From NCBI GenBank assembly GCA_040008015.1, contig JBDTTZ010000248.1, positions 1 through 37,521 on the forward strand: a DNA stretch of 37,521 bases, in the 5' to 3' direction. Position numbers and translations under genes: made by a program. Positions within the stretch are counted from its first letter, which is position 1, and every line of letters begins with the position of its first letter. Below are positions 9,008 to 17,384 of this stretch, in pieces. The DNA is from Gemmatimonadota bacterium. Lineage in GTDB: Bacteria; Gemmatimonadota; Gemmatimonadetes; Gemmatimonadales; GWC2-71-9. Under the pieces are notes generated by a model. That model was given only the letters and a program-made list of their open reading frames with translations, was not told the DNA's origin and ran no database searches.

Positions 9008-10249
9008 TTGCCCCAACGTGTCGTCGTCACGGGCATGGGCGCCGTGACCCCGCTGGGCGCGAACCTGGAGCAGACCTGGGCCGGACTCCTCGCGGGCCGG
9101 TCCGGTGCGGGTCCGATCACCAAGTTCGATGCCTCCAAGCTCCAGGTCCGGTTTGCCTGCGAGGTGAAGGGGTTCGACCCGCTGATCTACATGGACCGGA
9201 AAGAGGCCAGGCGGTACGACCTCTTCGCCCAGTTCGCGCTGGGCGCATCCCACCAGGCCATCACCCAGGCCGGGCTCGAAGGAAAGTTCCCGACCCCGGA
9301 CCGCACCGGCGTGCTGATCGGGAGCGGGATCGGCGGGATGGCCACGTTCGAAGAGCAGTGCCTGGTCTACCTGACCAAGGGTCCCGACCGGGTGTCGCCG
9401 TTCTTCGTTCCGATGTTCATTCCCGATATCGCCGCCGGGCTGGTCTCCATCCGGTACGGACTCAAGGGCCCCAATTTCTGTACCGTCTCGGCCTGCGCCT
9501 CGTCGGCTCACGCGGTCGGTGAATCGTACAAGATGATTCGCCATGGGGCGGCCGATGCGATGATCACCGGCGGCAGCGAAGCCGCGATCACCGGGCTCGC
9601 CATCGCCGGCTTCCAGAACATGAAGGCGCTCTCCACCCGGAACAACGAGCCGGAGCGGGCCAGCCGCCCCTTCGACAAGGAGCGGGACGGGTTCGTGCTG
9701 GGTGACGGCGGGGCGGTGCTGGTGCTGGAAAGCCTGGAGCACGCGCAGGCTCGGGGAGCGACTATCATCGCCGAGCTGATCGGCTATGGTCTCTCGGGCG
9801 ACGCCTACCACATCACGTCGCCGGCGCCGGAAGGCGAGGGCGCCCAGCGCGCCATGCGGGCCTGCCTGGCCGACGGCAACATCGACCTCCACGATGTGCA
9901 GTACATCAACGCCCACGGCACCTCGACCAGCCAGGGTGACATCGCGGAAACCCAGGCGGTGAAGGCGGTGTTCGGCGACCAGGCCAGAAAGCTCATCTTC
10001 GGCTCCACCAAGTCCATGACCGGCCACCTGCTGGGCGCCGCCGGCGCCTTCGAGTGTGCGGTCGCCGCCATGGTCGTCAAGTGCGGGGTGATTCCGCCGA
10101 CCATCAACCAGGACAACCCGGATCCTGAGTGCGATCTCGACTGCGCGCCCAACCATGTCGTCGAACGCCAGGTCAATATCGCGCTCAGCAATTCATTCGG
10201 CTTCGGGGGGCACAACGTGTCGCTGGCGGTTAAGCGCTGGGCTGCGTAG
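9008..10249 (+). CDS. fabF: 3-oxoacyl-ACP synthase II
   Basis: Motifs RVVVTGMG, SACAS (Cys), SRPFDKERDGFVLG, YINAHGTST, KSMTGHLLGAAG and SNSFGFGGHN. TTG start. Confidence 0.97.
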   Translation: MPQRVVVTGMGAVTPLGANLEQTWAGLLAGRSGAGPITKFDASKLQVRFACEVKGFDPLIYMDRKEARRYDLFAQFALGASHQAITQAGLEGKFPTPDRTGVLIGSGIGGMATFEEQCLVYLTKGPDRVSPFFVPMFIPDIAAGLVSIRYGLKGPNFCTVSACASSAHAVGESYKMIRHGAADAMITGGSEAAITGLAIAGFQNMKALSTRNNEPERASRPFDKERDGFVLGDGGAVLVLESLEHAQARGATIIAELIGYGLSGDAYHITSPAPEGEGAQRAMRACLADGNIDLHDVQYINAHGTSTSQGDIAETQAVKAVFGDQARKLIFGSTKSMTGHLLGAAGAFECAVAAMVVKCGVIPPTINQDNPDPECDLDCAPNHVVERQVNIALSNSFGFGGHNVSLAVKRWAA

Positions 10250-10342
10250 AACAACTTCACGCTGGGACCGCTCACTCCTCGTTCAAGACCACCGGTATCC
10301 TGCTCGATCGTCGTATTCTACTCGCCTCGGCTGAGGTGGTGC

Positions 10343-11149
10343 ATGGCTCAGGGGCTTGTCAGTGTCCTCATGGTTGGCACTCTGGTCTTCGGGTGTGGAG
10401 TATCAGACACGCCACCCAACCGGGCAGAGCGCAGGGCCCAACGAGTAGATTCGGCAACCCAGCTTCCGGTTGATCATTGGGGAAGCCTGCTCACCAGTGG
10501 CTCACCAAGCGAACAAAAGGAAGCCCTCGGCCATCTCGGGTTCTACGAGGATGCCGCGGTTCCCTACATCAAGGCGATCGTACGGCTGCTGGAGGGTAAT
10601 GACCAGGATCTCGGTAGTACCGCGGCCTGGAGTCTGGCGCACATTGGCCCACCGGCGTACCCGGCCTTGGTTGAAGCGCTCGACCACAGGAGGTCAGCGG
10701 TGCGGCGGCGGGCAGCCTACGGTGTGGGAGAAGCGGGTCCGGAAGCGGCAGGATCCGCCTTGAATCGGCTGACGCTGCTCTCCCGGAACGATCCGGTGCA
10801 GGAGGTTCGGGTGATGGCCACATGGGCCATAGGAGAGATCACCCGCCGGGCAATGGTGGGTGATCCCAACCTTGGGATGACGGACGGACTCGACTCGGAC
10901 AGCCTTGACGTCAGGTTGGAAGCCATCGAGCGGCTGGGGGCAATCGGGAGCTCCAATCGGGCGGCGATTTCGGTGCTGATTCGACTTCTGGCTGACACCC
11001 AGGATGTGATTCAAGGCGCGACGATCGATGCGCTGGCGCAGAAGGGGAGGGCCGCGCTTCCGGCGCTCAGGGTCGCACTGGACAGCCCCAAGGAGCGGGT
11101 GCGCTCCGGAGCCGTTGCGGCCATGGCGAGGATCGACCGCCCATTCTAG
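10343..11149 (+). CDS. HEAT/PBS-lyase-repeat protein, probable lipoprotein
   Basis: Hydrophobic N-terminus with a VFGC lipobox-like site. Repeated helical units VRRRAAYGVG, VRVMATWAIG, VRLEAIERLG and VRSGAVAAMA. SD-like GAGGT upstream. Confidence 0.75.
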   Translation: MAQGLVSVLMVGTLVFGCGVSDTPPNRAERRAQRVDSATQLPVDHWGSLLTSGSPSEQKEALGHLGFYEDAAVPYIKAIVRLLEGNDQDLGSTAAWSLAHIGPPAYPALVEALDHRRSAVRRRAAYGVGEAGPEAAGSALNRLTLLSRNDPVQEVRVMATWAIGEITRRAMVGDPNLGMTDGLDSDSLDVRLEAIERLGAIGSSNRAAISVLIRLLADTQDVIQGATIDALAQKGRAALPALRVALDSPKERVRSGAVAAMARIDRPF

Positions 11150-11323
11150 TCGTCATTCACGCTACGTCTCCAGTCGGGATCGTATTCCTTCTGCAAATCG
11201 TGGCACAAGACGTTCATTCCCTGTGTCCTCTCCCTGAGGGCTCATCCCAGACCGGGACGGCACCGGGTCAGGGAAAAGCTGCTAAGTCATTGTCTATGCA
11301 TTCATTACAAAGGCATAACCGGA

Positions 11324-12637
11324 GTGACGGCATCCGCTGTATCGCAATCCTCCCGACCCAACCGGAGCGAGTCTCCCTCACCTGGCTCCGATTGTGTAGC
11401 GCCCGGCCATCAGGTCAGGTCGGCTCCGATCCATCAAGATGGGCGGCCTGCCCGGGTTCTGGTGGTCGCACCAGAACCATTCTACGTCGACCGTGGTACG
11501 CCGATCTGCGTCCGCCAAGTTGTTGAAGCCCTGGTCGAGCTTGGGTATGAGGTCGACCTCCTGACGTACCCGCTGGGGGAGGAAGTCCACCTCCCCGGTG
11601 TCAGGGTGCACCGCTCCAGCAACCCGCTTCGTCTCTCCCAGGTTCCCATCGGTTTCTCAATTCGCAAGCTGCTGCTCGATTGTACGTTGGTGTTCCGGCT
11701 GCGGTCTCTCATGCGGGACGGCCGCTATCGCGTGGTCCACGCCCTGGAGGAATCGGCGTTTGCGGCTGCGTACTGGGGTCCCCGCTACGGGGTCAGGGTG
11801 ATATACGACATGCATTCCAGCCTGGCCGAGCAGATGGGTGCCTTGCCCCCGTTCCAGAACCGAATGAGCCGGGCCATTTTCCGGCGAGCCGAACGCTGGC
11901 TGCTGGAGCGGGTGACGCAGGTGGTGAGCAGTTCTGGCCTGGCCGCCCGGGTTCGCTCGATGGCTCCTCGCGCCAGAGCACTGGAGTGGCGTTTTTCCAG
12001 TGAGCCGATCCTGCCCGGTACGGAGGAGGTGGCGGCGCTTCGGGCATCGTTAGCGCTGAGCCCGGGGCAACGCATCGTCCTCTACAGCGGAACCTTCGAG
12101 CGGTACCAGGGCTTGAACCTGTTGCTCAAGGCGATCGCCCGGGTGCAGGAAACCAATCCGGAAGCGGTATTCGTCCTGATTGGGGTGGATGGCGAGCGGG
12201 CCTCGGCCCGCATTCAGCGCTTGGCCGAGGGGATCCCGGGAGATCGATTGCGGTTGATCAAGCGGCAACCCCGACGGAGCATGCCAGCCTGGCTGGCGCT
12301 GGCCGATCTGCTGGTTTCTCCCCGCTTGTTCGGTGGAAACCTGCCGTTGAAGATCTTCGATTACATGGCCGCGGGCCGGCCGATCATCGCCACGGACATT
12401 CCCAGCCACCGTTCCGTGCTCACCGAAGAGCGTGCCCTGCTGGTTTCGCCGCGGGTCGAGGCCTTGGCCGAGGCGATTTCCGATCTGCTGGGCGATCCGG
12501 AGCGGGCCGGGCGACTGGCCACCCTGGCACAGTCGTATGCCCGGGAGCACCTGGGGTGGAGCCGTTTCGTCACGTCGGTACAGCAGCTCTATAGCACAGC
12601 GGATCCGCAAGAGCGGGACCCCGTGCGCAACGCCTGA
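11324..12637 (+). CDS. Glycosyltransferase family 4 (GT-B)
   Basis: Motifs VLVVAP...RGTPI, IYDMH, LYSGTFERYQG, ADLLVSPR and PLKIFDYMAAGRPIIAT. Start position is uncertain. Confidence 0.9.
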   Translation: MTASAVSQSSRPNRSESPSPGSDCVAPGHQVRSAPIHQDGRPARVLVVAPEPFYVDRGTPICVRQVVEALVELGYEVDLLTYPLGEEVHLPGVRVHRSSNPLRLSQVPIGFSIRKLLLDCTLVFRLRSLMRDGRYRVVHALEESAFAAAYWGPRYGVRVIYDMHSSLAEQMGALPPFQNRMSRAIFRRAERWLLERVTQVVSSSGLAARVRSMAPRARALEWRFSSEPILPGTEEVAALRASLALSPGQRIVLYSGTFERYQGLNLLLKAIARVQETNPEAVFVLIGVDGERASARIQRLAEGIPGDRLRLIKRQPRRSMPAWLALADLLVSPRLFGGNLPLKIFDYMAAGRPIIATDIPSHRSVLTEERALLVSPRVEALAEAISDLLGDPERAGRLATLAQSYAREHLGWSRFVTSVQQLYSTADPQERDPVRNA

Positions 12638-12649
12638 CCGCCGCACCGG

Positions 12650-13585
12650 TTGTTCATTTCCATCCTGGTTCCCGCCCGGAATGAGGCAGCGAACATCGAG
12701 CGCACTTTGGCGGCGCTGCTCGACCAGAAAATCAGTGGAAAACCAAGGCCGAGTGAAATCATCGTGATGGACGACGGGTCCAGCGACAAGACTGCGTCGC
12801 TCGCCGCGGCGAAGGGAGCAAAGGTTGTTGCCGTGACCGGCGGAGGGAACCCCGGGGCCGCGCGCAACCAGGGTGCATCCACCGCCACCGGCGACCTGTT
12901 GATATTCCTTGATGCCGATTGTGTCCCCCGCTCCGGATGGCTGGAAGCGCATCTCGCGGCGCACGCGGCGGGGCATCTCATCGTTGGGGGCGCGCTGGAG
13001 TTGCCCCCAGGCCAGCCCTGGTCAGCGAAATGCGACTACTATGCCTCGGCTTATCACGTTCATTCCGGACGTCCCGCCGGCCGGGTACCGAACCACACTC
13101 CCGCCAATCTGAGCGTGCGGCGCGAGGTCTTCGCCGCCAGCGGCGGTTTTACCGAGGAGTTCCCGGTCGCTGACGGGCATGAGGAATTGCGGTGGCAGGG
13201 GCGCGCGGCACAGCGGGCCATCGCCCTGCAATTCGAGCCGATGGCGGTGGTCGATCACTACAATCGCCCCGGATTCAGGAACCTGCTCCGCCGCAACTAT
13301 CGATGGGGCTACAGTGCCCTTGAGGCCAAGCACGAGAGCGGCGTCAGTCGGGAAGCCCTGCTGTACCGCAATCCCCGGATCGCGTTGCTCGTAGCCTATC
13401 CAAAGGCGCTGCTCGAATGCGGATACATTGCGGTGACCTGGATGCTTGCCGGTCGGTCCCAGGCCTTGCTCTACTTGCCTCTCATCTTGGTCGCCCGCTT
13501 GACCTACGCGACAGCCTTCGTGGCCGGCGGCTGGAAGTGGTTGCGCCGAAAACTCCACACGGAATCCCGGGCCCGATGGCGCTGA
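12650..13585 (+). CDS. Glycosyltransferase family 2
   Basis: Motifs ISILVPARNE, IIVMDDGSSD, ARNQG, FLDADC and GGFTE. Hydrophobic C-terminus. Confidence 0.9.
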   Translation: MFISILVPARNEAANIERTLAALLDQKISGKPRPSEIIVMDDGSSDKTASLAAAKGAKVVAVTGGGNPGAARNQGASTATGDLLIFLDADCVPRSGWLEAHLAAHAAGHLIVGGALELPPGQPWSAKCDYYASAYHVHSGRPAGRVPNHTPANLSVRREVFAASGGFTEEFPVADGHEELRWQGRAAQRAIALQFEPMAVVDHYNRPGFRNLLRRNYRWGYSALEAKHESGVSREALLYRNPRIALLVAYPKALLECGYIAVTWMLAGRSQALLYLPLILVARLTYATAFVAGGWKWLRRKLHTESRARWR

Positions 13586-14559
13586 AGCTGGCCATTACCG
13601 CGGCGGTGTGTACCAGCGGGCGGCCCCAATCGCTGGCGCGGGCCCTCGGCTCCCTGCTGGCCCAGGAGCCTGCGGCCGATGAGATACTGGTGGTGAACAA
13701 CCGGCCCGGGGAGCCTGCCACCGCGGACCTGCTGAAGCGGGACTTTCCAACCGTTCGGGTCATCGACGAGCCCATACCTGGTCTCGACTTCGCCCGCAAC
13801 CGCGCACTGGAATCGGCGCGTCATGATATCGTGCTTTTCCTCGATGACGATGCCATCGCCCAGCCGGGCTATGTGGCCGCTGCTGCCGAACCCTTGCTGC
13901 GTGATCGGCGGGTGGGGGCGTGCACCGGTCGGGTGGAACCATTCGCCCTCGACACCGTGGCGCAACGGCTGTTTGAGGCGAACGGCGGATTTGCCCGGGG
14001 ATTGAAGGGAATTCGGCTCCCCGCCGATGCCTACTTGCCGCTGCATGGACATCGGGCGCCGCTGATCGCCTGGGCGGTGAGCATAGGCAGCGGGTGCAGT
14101 CTGGCGGTTCGGCGGGATATCGTTCGCGAGTTGGGTGGATTTGATAATGCCCTGGACCTGGGTGCTGCGCTCCCCGGTGGTGGCGATCACGACATGCTGT
14201 GGCGACTGCTGCGGGCCGGCTATGAGATCGTGTACGAGCCAACCGCCGTCGCCCGGCACGAGCATCGCCGCGAGCTGGCCGCCGCCCGAGATCAGATCGT
14301 CGGACACCAGCGCGCCCTGATCGCGCTGCTCACTAAACACGCTATTCTGACCAGCGGCCGAGCACGGTGGCCGGTGACAGCATTCCTCGGATGGCGACTG
14401 CTCAAGCCCGGGGTTCGGCTGATTCGGCGCCTGGTAGGCCGGGATCCGCTGCCCGCCGGGCTGCTGCTGCGGATGTGGGGCCACTGCTGGAAGGGACTGT
14501 GGGCCTATCCCAGGGCCCGAGCGCTTGCCGCGCGCCGCGCCAACGGGGATCCCGCATGA
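13576..14559 (+). CDS. Glycosyltransferase family 2
   Basis: Motifs AVCT, LVVNN, GLDFARN, FLDDD, GGFDNALD.G and GGGDHD. ATG 13576 overlaps the previous gene. Confidence 0.9.
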   Translation: MALKLAITAAVCTSGRPQSLARALGSLLAQEPAADEILVVNNRPGEPATADLLKRDFPTVRVIDEPIPGLDFARNRALESARHDIVLFLDDDAIAQPGYVAAAAEPLLRDRRVGACTGRVEPFALDTVAQRLFEANGGFARGLKGIRLPADAYLPLHGHRAPLIAWAVSIGSGCSLAVRRDIVRELGGFDNALDLGAALPGGGDHDMLWRLLRAGYEIVYEPTAVARHEHRRELAAARDQIVGHQRALIALLTKHAILTSGRARWPVTAFLGWRLLKPGVRLIRRLVGRDPLPAGLLLRMWGHCWKGLWAYPRARALAARRANGDPA

Positions 14560-15410
14560 GCGCGACACCGTCGCCATCGCGCGCCGTCCCGACCGACCGG
14601 AGCGGTCTCCGCCTGATATCGTCCTCGACCCGGCGGCCGCCGTTGCGGGAGGTCTGGGCTTATCGCGAACTGCTCCGCAGTCTCGTCGTGCGCAACCTCA
14701 AGGTGAAGTACCAGCGTTCGGTGCTGGGTTTTGTATGGACCTTGCTGAACCCGATACTGACCATCACGGTGCTGACGGTCGTGTTCACCTATTTTATCAA
14801 GATCCGGGTCGATCATTACTGGGCCTTCGTGTTCAGCGGATATTTCGTCTGGAATTTCATTCTGCAAATGCTCTCCTCCGCCACATACATGTTGGCCGAG
14901 CACGCGCCCCTCAGACGCAGCGTGGCGTTCCCCAGCGTGGTCCTGGTGCTCGCCACGGCCGCCTCGCGAATGGTCGAGTTCCTGATCGAGATGGTTATCG
15001 CCCTCCTGCTGCTGGCGATCTTTCATCATCACGGCCTTCCCGCCCCGCTGATTCTTCTGCCGCTCCTGATCCTGCTCCAGCTGCTGCTCGCGATTGGATT
15101 GACCATGCCGATCGCGACCCTGTCGGTCTTTTACAGCGATGTGCAGCACGCCATGCCGATCGTATTGCTGATGCTCTTCTACCTGTCACCGGTCTTCTAT
15201 CCGGCCAGCCTGGTTCCCGAGTCGTTGCGAACCCTCTACTTGCTCAATCCCATTGCCGCGCTGCTGACCCTCTATCACGACGTGCTCTACGCCGGCCAGT
15301 GGCCGCCGGCGTGGCTCTTCGCGAGTGTCTCCCTGACGGCGGTGCTGGTCTGTGTCCTGGGCTACGCCATCTTCGACCGCTACAATGCGCTCTTCGCTGA
15401 AATCCTCTAA
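14556..15410 (+). CDS. wzm: ABC-2 polysaccharide exporter permease (Wzm-like)
   Basis: Motifs YRELL...RNLKVKYQRSVLGFVWTLLNP, YLSPVFYP and LNP. About six TM segments. ATGA overlap. Confidence 0.92.
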   Translation: MSATPSPSRAVPTDRSGLRLISSSTRRPPLREVWAYRELLRSLVVRNLKVKYQRSVLGFVWTLLNPILTITVLTVVFTYFIKIRVDHYWAFVFSGYFVWNFILQMLSSATYMLAEHAPLRRSVAFPSVVLVLATAASRMVEFLIEMVIALLLLAIFHHHGLPAPLILLPLLILLQLLLAIGLTMPIATLSVFYSDVQHAMPIVLLMLFYLSPVFYPASLVPESLRTLYLLNPIAALLTLYHDVLYAGQWPPAWLFASVSLTAVLVCVLGYAIFDRYNALFAEIL

Positions 15411-16155
15411 GCCGTCCGGCCACCCGGCGGTCGTGTGCCGGAGCGTCACCAAGCGCTTCTACCATTACGATCACCGCACCACCTCCCTGCGCGAGCGATT
15501 CATCCGGACCGTTCTGCGCCGTCCTCTCCATGTCCGCCATGCGGAGTTTTCTCTGGAAGACTTCGACCTGGAAGTGGAAGCGGGCGAGGCGGTCGCGCTG
15601 ATCGGCCCCAATGGGTCGGGCAAGAGCACGGTGCTCCGCCTGATCGCCGGCATCTATGCCCCGACCCAGGGTGTGGTCGAGACCCGCGGCAGGATCGCGG
15701 CAATCATCGAGCTCGGTGTCGGCTTCAATCCCGAGCTCACCGGGGCGGAGAATGTAAGACTCTATGCCGCGGTCATGGGACTCTCCCGAGTCGAGTTGGC
15801 CGCCCGGTTTGACGAGATTGTGGCCTTTGCGGACCTGGGACATTTCATCGATGAGCCGGTGAAATACTACTCCTCCGGGATGCAGGCGCGGCTGGCGTTC
15901 TCGGTCGCGGTGTGCGTGGACCCGGACATTCTGCTGGTCGACGAAGTGCTTGCCGTGGGAGACCAGGAGTTCCGCCGCCGCTGTGTCGAACGGCTGGAGG
16001 CCTTTCATGCCAGGGGTGGGACCCTGCTCGTCGTGACTCACGACCTCGAGAGCGTGGCGAGCCTCTGTTCTCGCGCTGTCTGGGTCGAGCACGGCCGGAT
16101 CCGGGCCGATGGGCCAGGCCACGAGGTGCTGGCGGCCTACCAGGCCAGCGCCTGA
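15385..16155 (+). CDS. wzt: ABC polysaccharide exporter ATPase (Wzt-like, no C-terminal CBM)
   Basis: Walker A GPNGSGKS, GFNPELTG.EN, YSSGM signature, ILLVDEVLAVGD and VTH. The protein ends just after the NBD. Confidence 0.92.
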   Translation: MRSSLKSSKPSGHPAVVCRSVTKRFYHYDHRTTSLRERFIRTVLRRPLHVRHAEFSLEDFDLEVEAGEAVALIGPNGSGKSTVLRLIAGIYAPTQGVVETRGRIAAIIELGVGFNPELTGAENVRLYAAVMGLSRVELAARFDEIVAFADLGHFIDEPVKYYSSGMQARLAFSVAVCVDPDILLVDEVLAVGDQEFRRRCVERLEAFHARGGTLLVVTHDLESVASLCSRAVWVEHGRIRADGPGHEVLAAYQASA

Positions 16156-17384
16156 TGCCGATGACCCGATACGCGCTGATGGACCTCGAGCTCCAGGACC
16201 CAACTCCGGTCCTTGAGGTGCCACTTGGCTACCAGGGGTTGGCTGTGGTCTTCCGTCGGGGGGGCCGGGTGGTCGGATTCGAGCTGGAAGCGCTGCTTCC
16301 AGGAGGTTCCCCTGAGATTCGAAGTCGGGCTTCGCAGGCGGCGCGCCGCGGCCTGTTGACCGCGCTGCAGGAAGACATCCGCCGCGAGTTGGCACCCCAA
16401 TCGGCTCGACCCGCTAACCCGTCGGTGACCGTTGTCATTTGTACCCACAACCAGACCGAGCGGCTGGCCCGTTGTCTCGCTTCACTCGAGCGCATGGAAC
16501 AGCCCGCAGGTGCAGGTCGTCCCGAGATCCTGGTCGTGGATAATGCGCCGCCGAATGACGCGACGGAGTGCCTGGTCCGCCTGTCCGCCGGCGTGCGATA
16601 CGTTCAAGAATTGAGGCAGGGACTCGACTTCGCGAGGAACCGGGCCATCGCGGAGGCGACCGGCGAGATCCTGGCCTTCCTCGACGATGACGTGGTCGCC
16701 GACCGTTTCTGGTACCAGGCATTGCTGGAGGCTATCAACCAGGCCCCCGGGGCTGGGGCAGTCACCGGGTCGCTGCTGCCCTTCGAGCTGGAAACCACGG
16801 CCCAGGTGCTGTTCGAACGACGCGGGGGATTCCGTCGCGGCTTCGAATATCGGTGCTATGCGGGGCAGGACCTGCCGGGAAACCCCCTCTATCCCTGTGG
16901 GGCCGGGATCTTCGGGACCGGCGGTAACATGGCATTCCGGCGAAGCGTCCTCCAGGAATTGGGCGGTTTTGACGAGGCCCTCGATACCGGCCGTCCGCTG
17001 GCCGGTGGCGGCGATCTCGACATGTTTTACCGAGTGATCCGCGCCGGCCACCCGCTGGTGTACGACCCGAGCGTCGTCGGGTTCCACCAGCACCGGCGAA
17101 CCCGGGCCCAGCTGCGACGGCAGTACTGGACCTGGGGCACCGGTTTCATGGCGTATGCCCGTAAATCGTATCTTGCGGATCCTCCAATGCGCTCCCGCTG
17201 GAGGCGGATGGTCATTTGGTGGTTCAAGGACCAGGTGCGAAGCCTCCTGCACAGCGTCATTGGTCGCAACCCGACACCTCCCGGCATGGTGCTGGCGGAG
17301 CTGGCGGGTGGCGTGATCGGCATTGCCGGCGAGTACGAACGCTCACTGAGACGGGTGCAACGGATTCGGGAAGCAGTGTCATGA
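16155..17384 (+). CDS. Glycosyltransferase family 2 with N-terminal accessory module
   Basis: Motifs VVICT, VVDNAP, GLDFARN, FLDDD, GTGGNMAFRR, GGFDEALD and GGGDLD. TGATG coupling to wzt. Confidence 0.9.
   Translation: MPMTRYALMDLELQDPTPVLEVPLGYQGLAVVFRRGGRVVGFELEALLPGGSPEIRSRASQAARRGLLTALQEDIRRELAPQSARPANPSVTVVICTHNQTERLARCLASLERMEQPAGAGRPEILVVDNAPPNDATECLVRLSAGVRYVQELRQGLDFARNRAIAEATGEILAFLDDDVVADRFWYQALLEAINQAPGAGAVTGSLLPFELETTAQVLFERRGGFRRGFEYRCYAGQDLPGNPLYPCGAGIFGTGGNMAFRRSVLQELGGFDEALDTGRPLAGGGDLDMFYRVIRAGHPLVYDPSVVGFHQHRRTRAQLRRQYWTWGTGFMAYARKSYLADPPMRSRWRRMVIWWFKDQVRSLLHSVIGRNPTPPGMVLAELAGGVIGIAGEYERSLRRVQRIREAVS

Noticed and set aside
2240-10156. Long minus-strand ORFs (e.g. 2240-3310, 4747-5997, 6653-7882, 8897-10156) and similar ones in the island
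   Set aside because: They are antisense shadows of well-supported GC-rich genes, with no recognisable motifs.
6791-10249. Type II polyketide or other secondary-metabolite cluster
   Set aside because: This is the standard rpmF-plsX-fabH-fabD-fabG-acpP-fabF operon, with no chain-length factor or cyclase.
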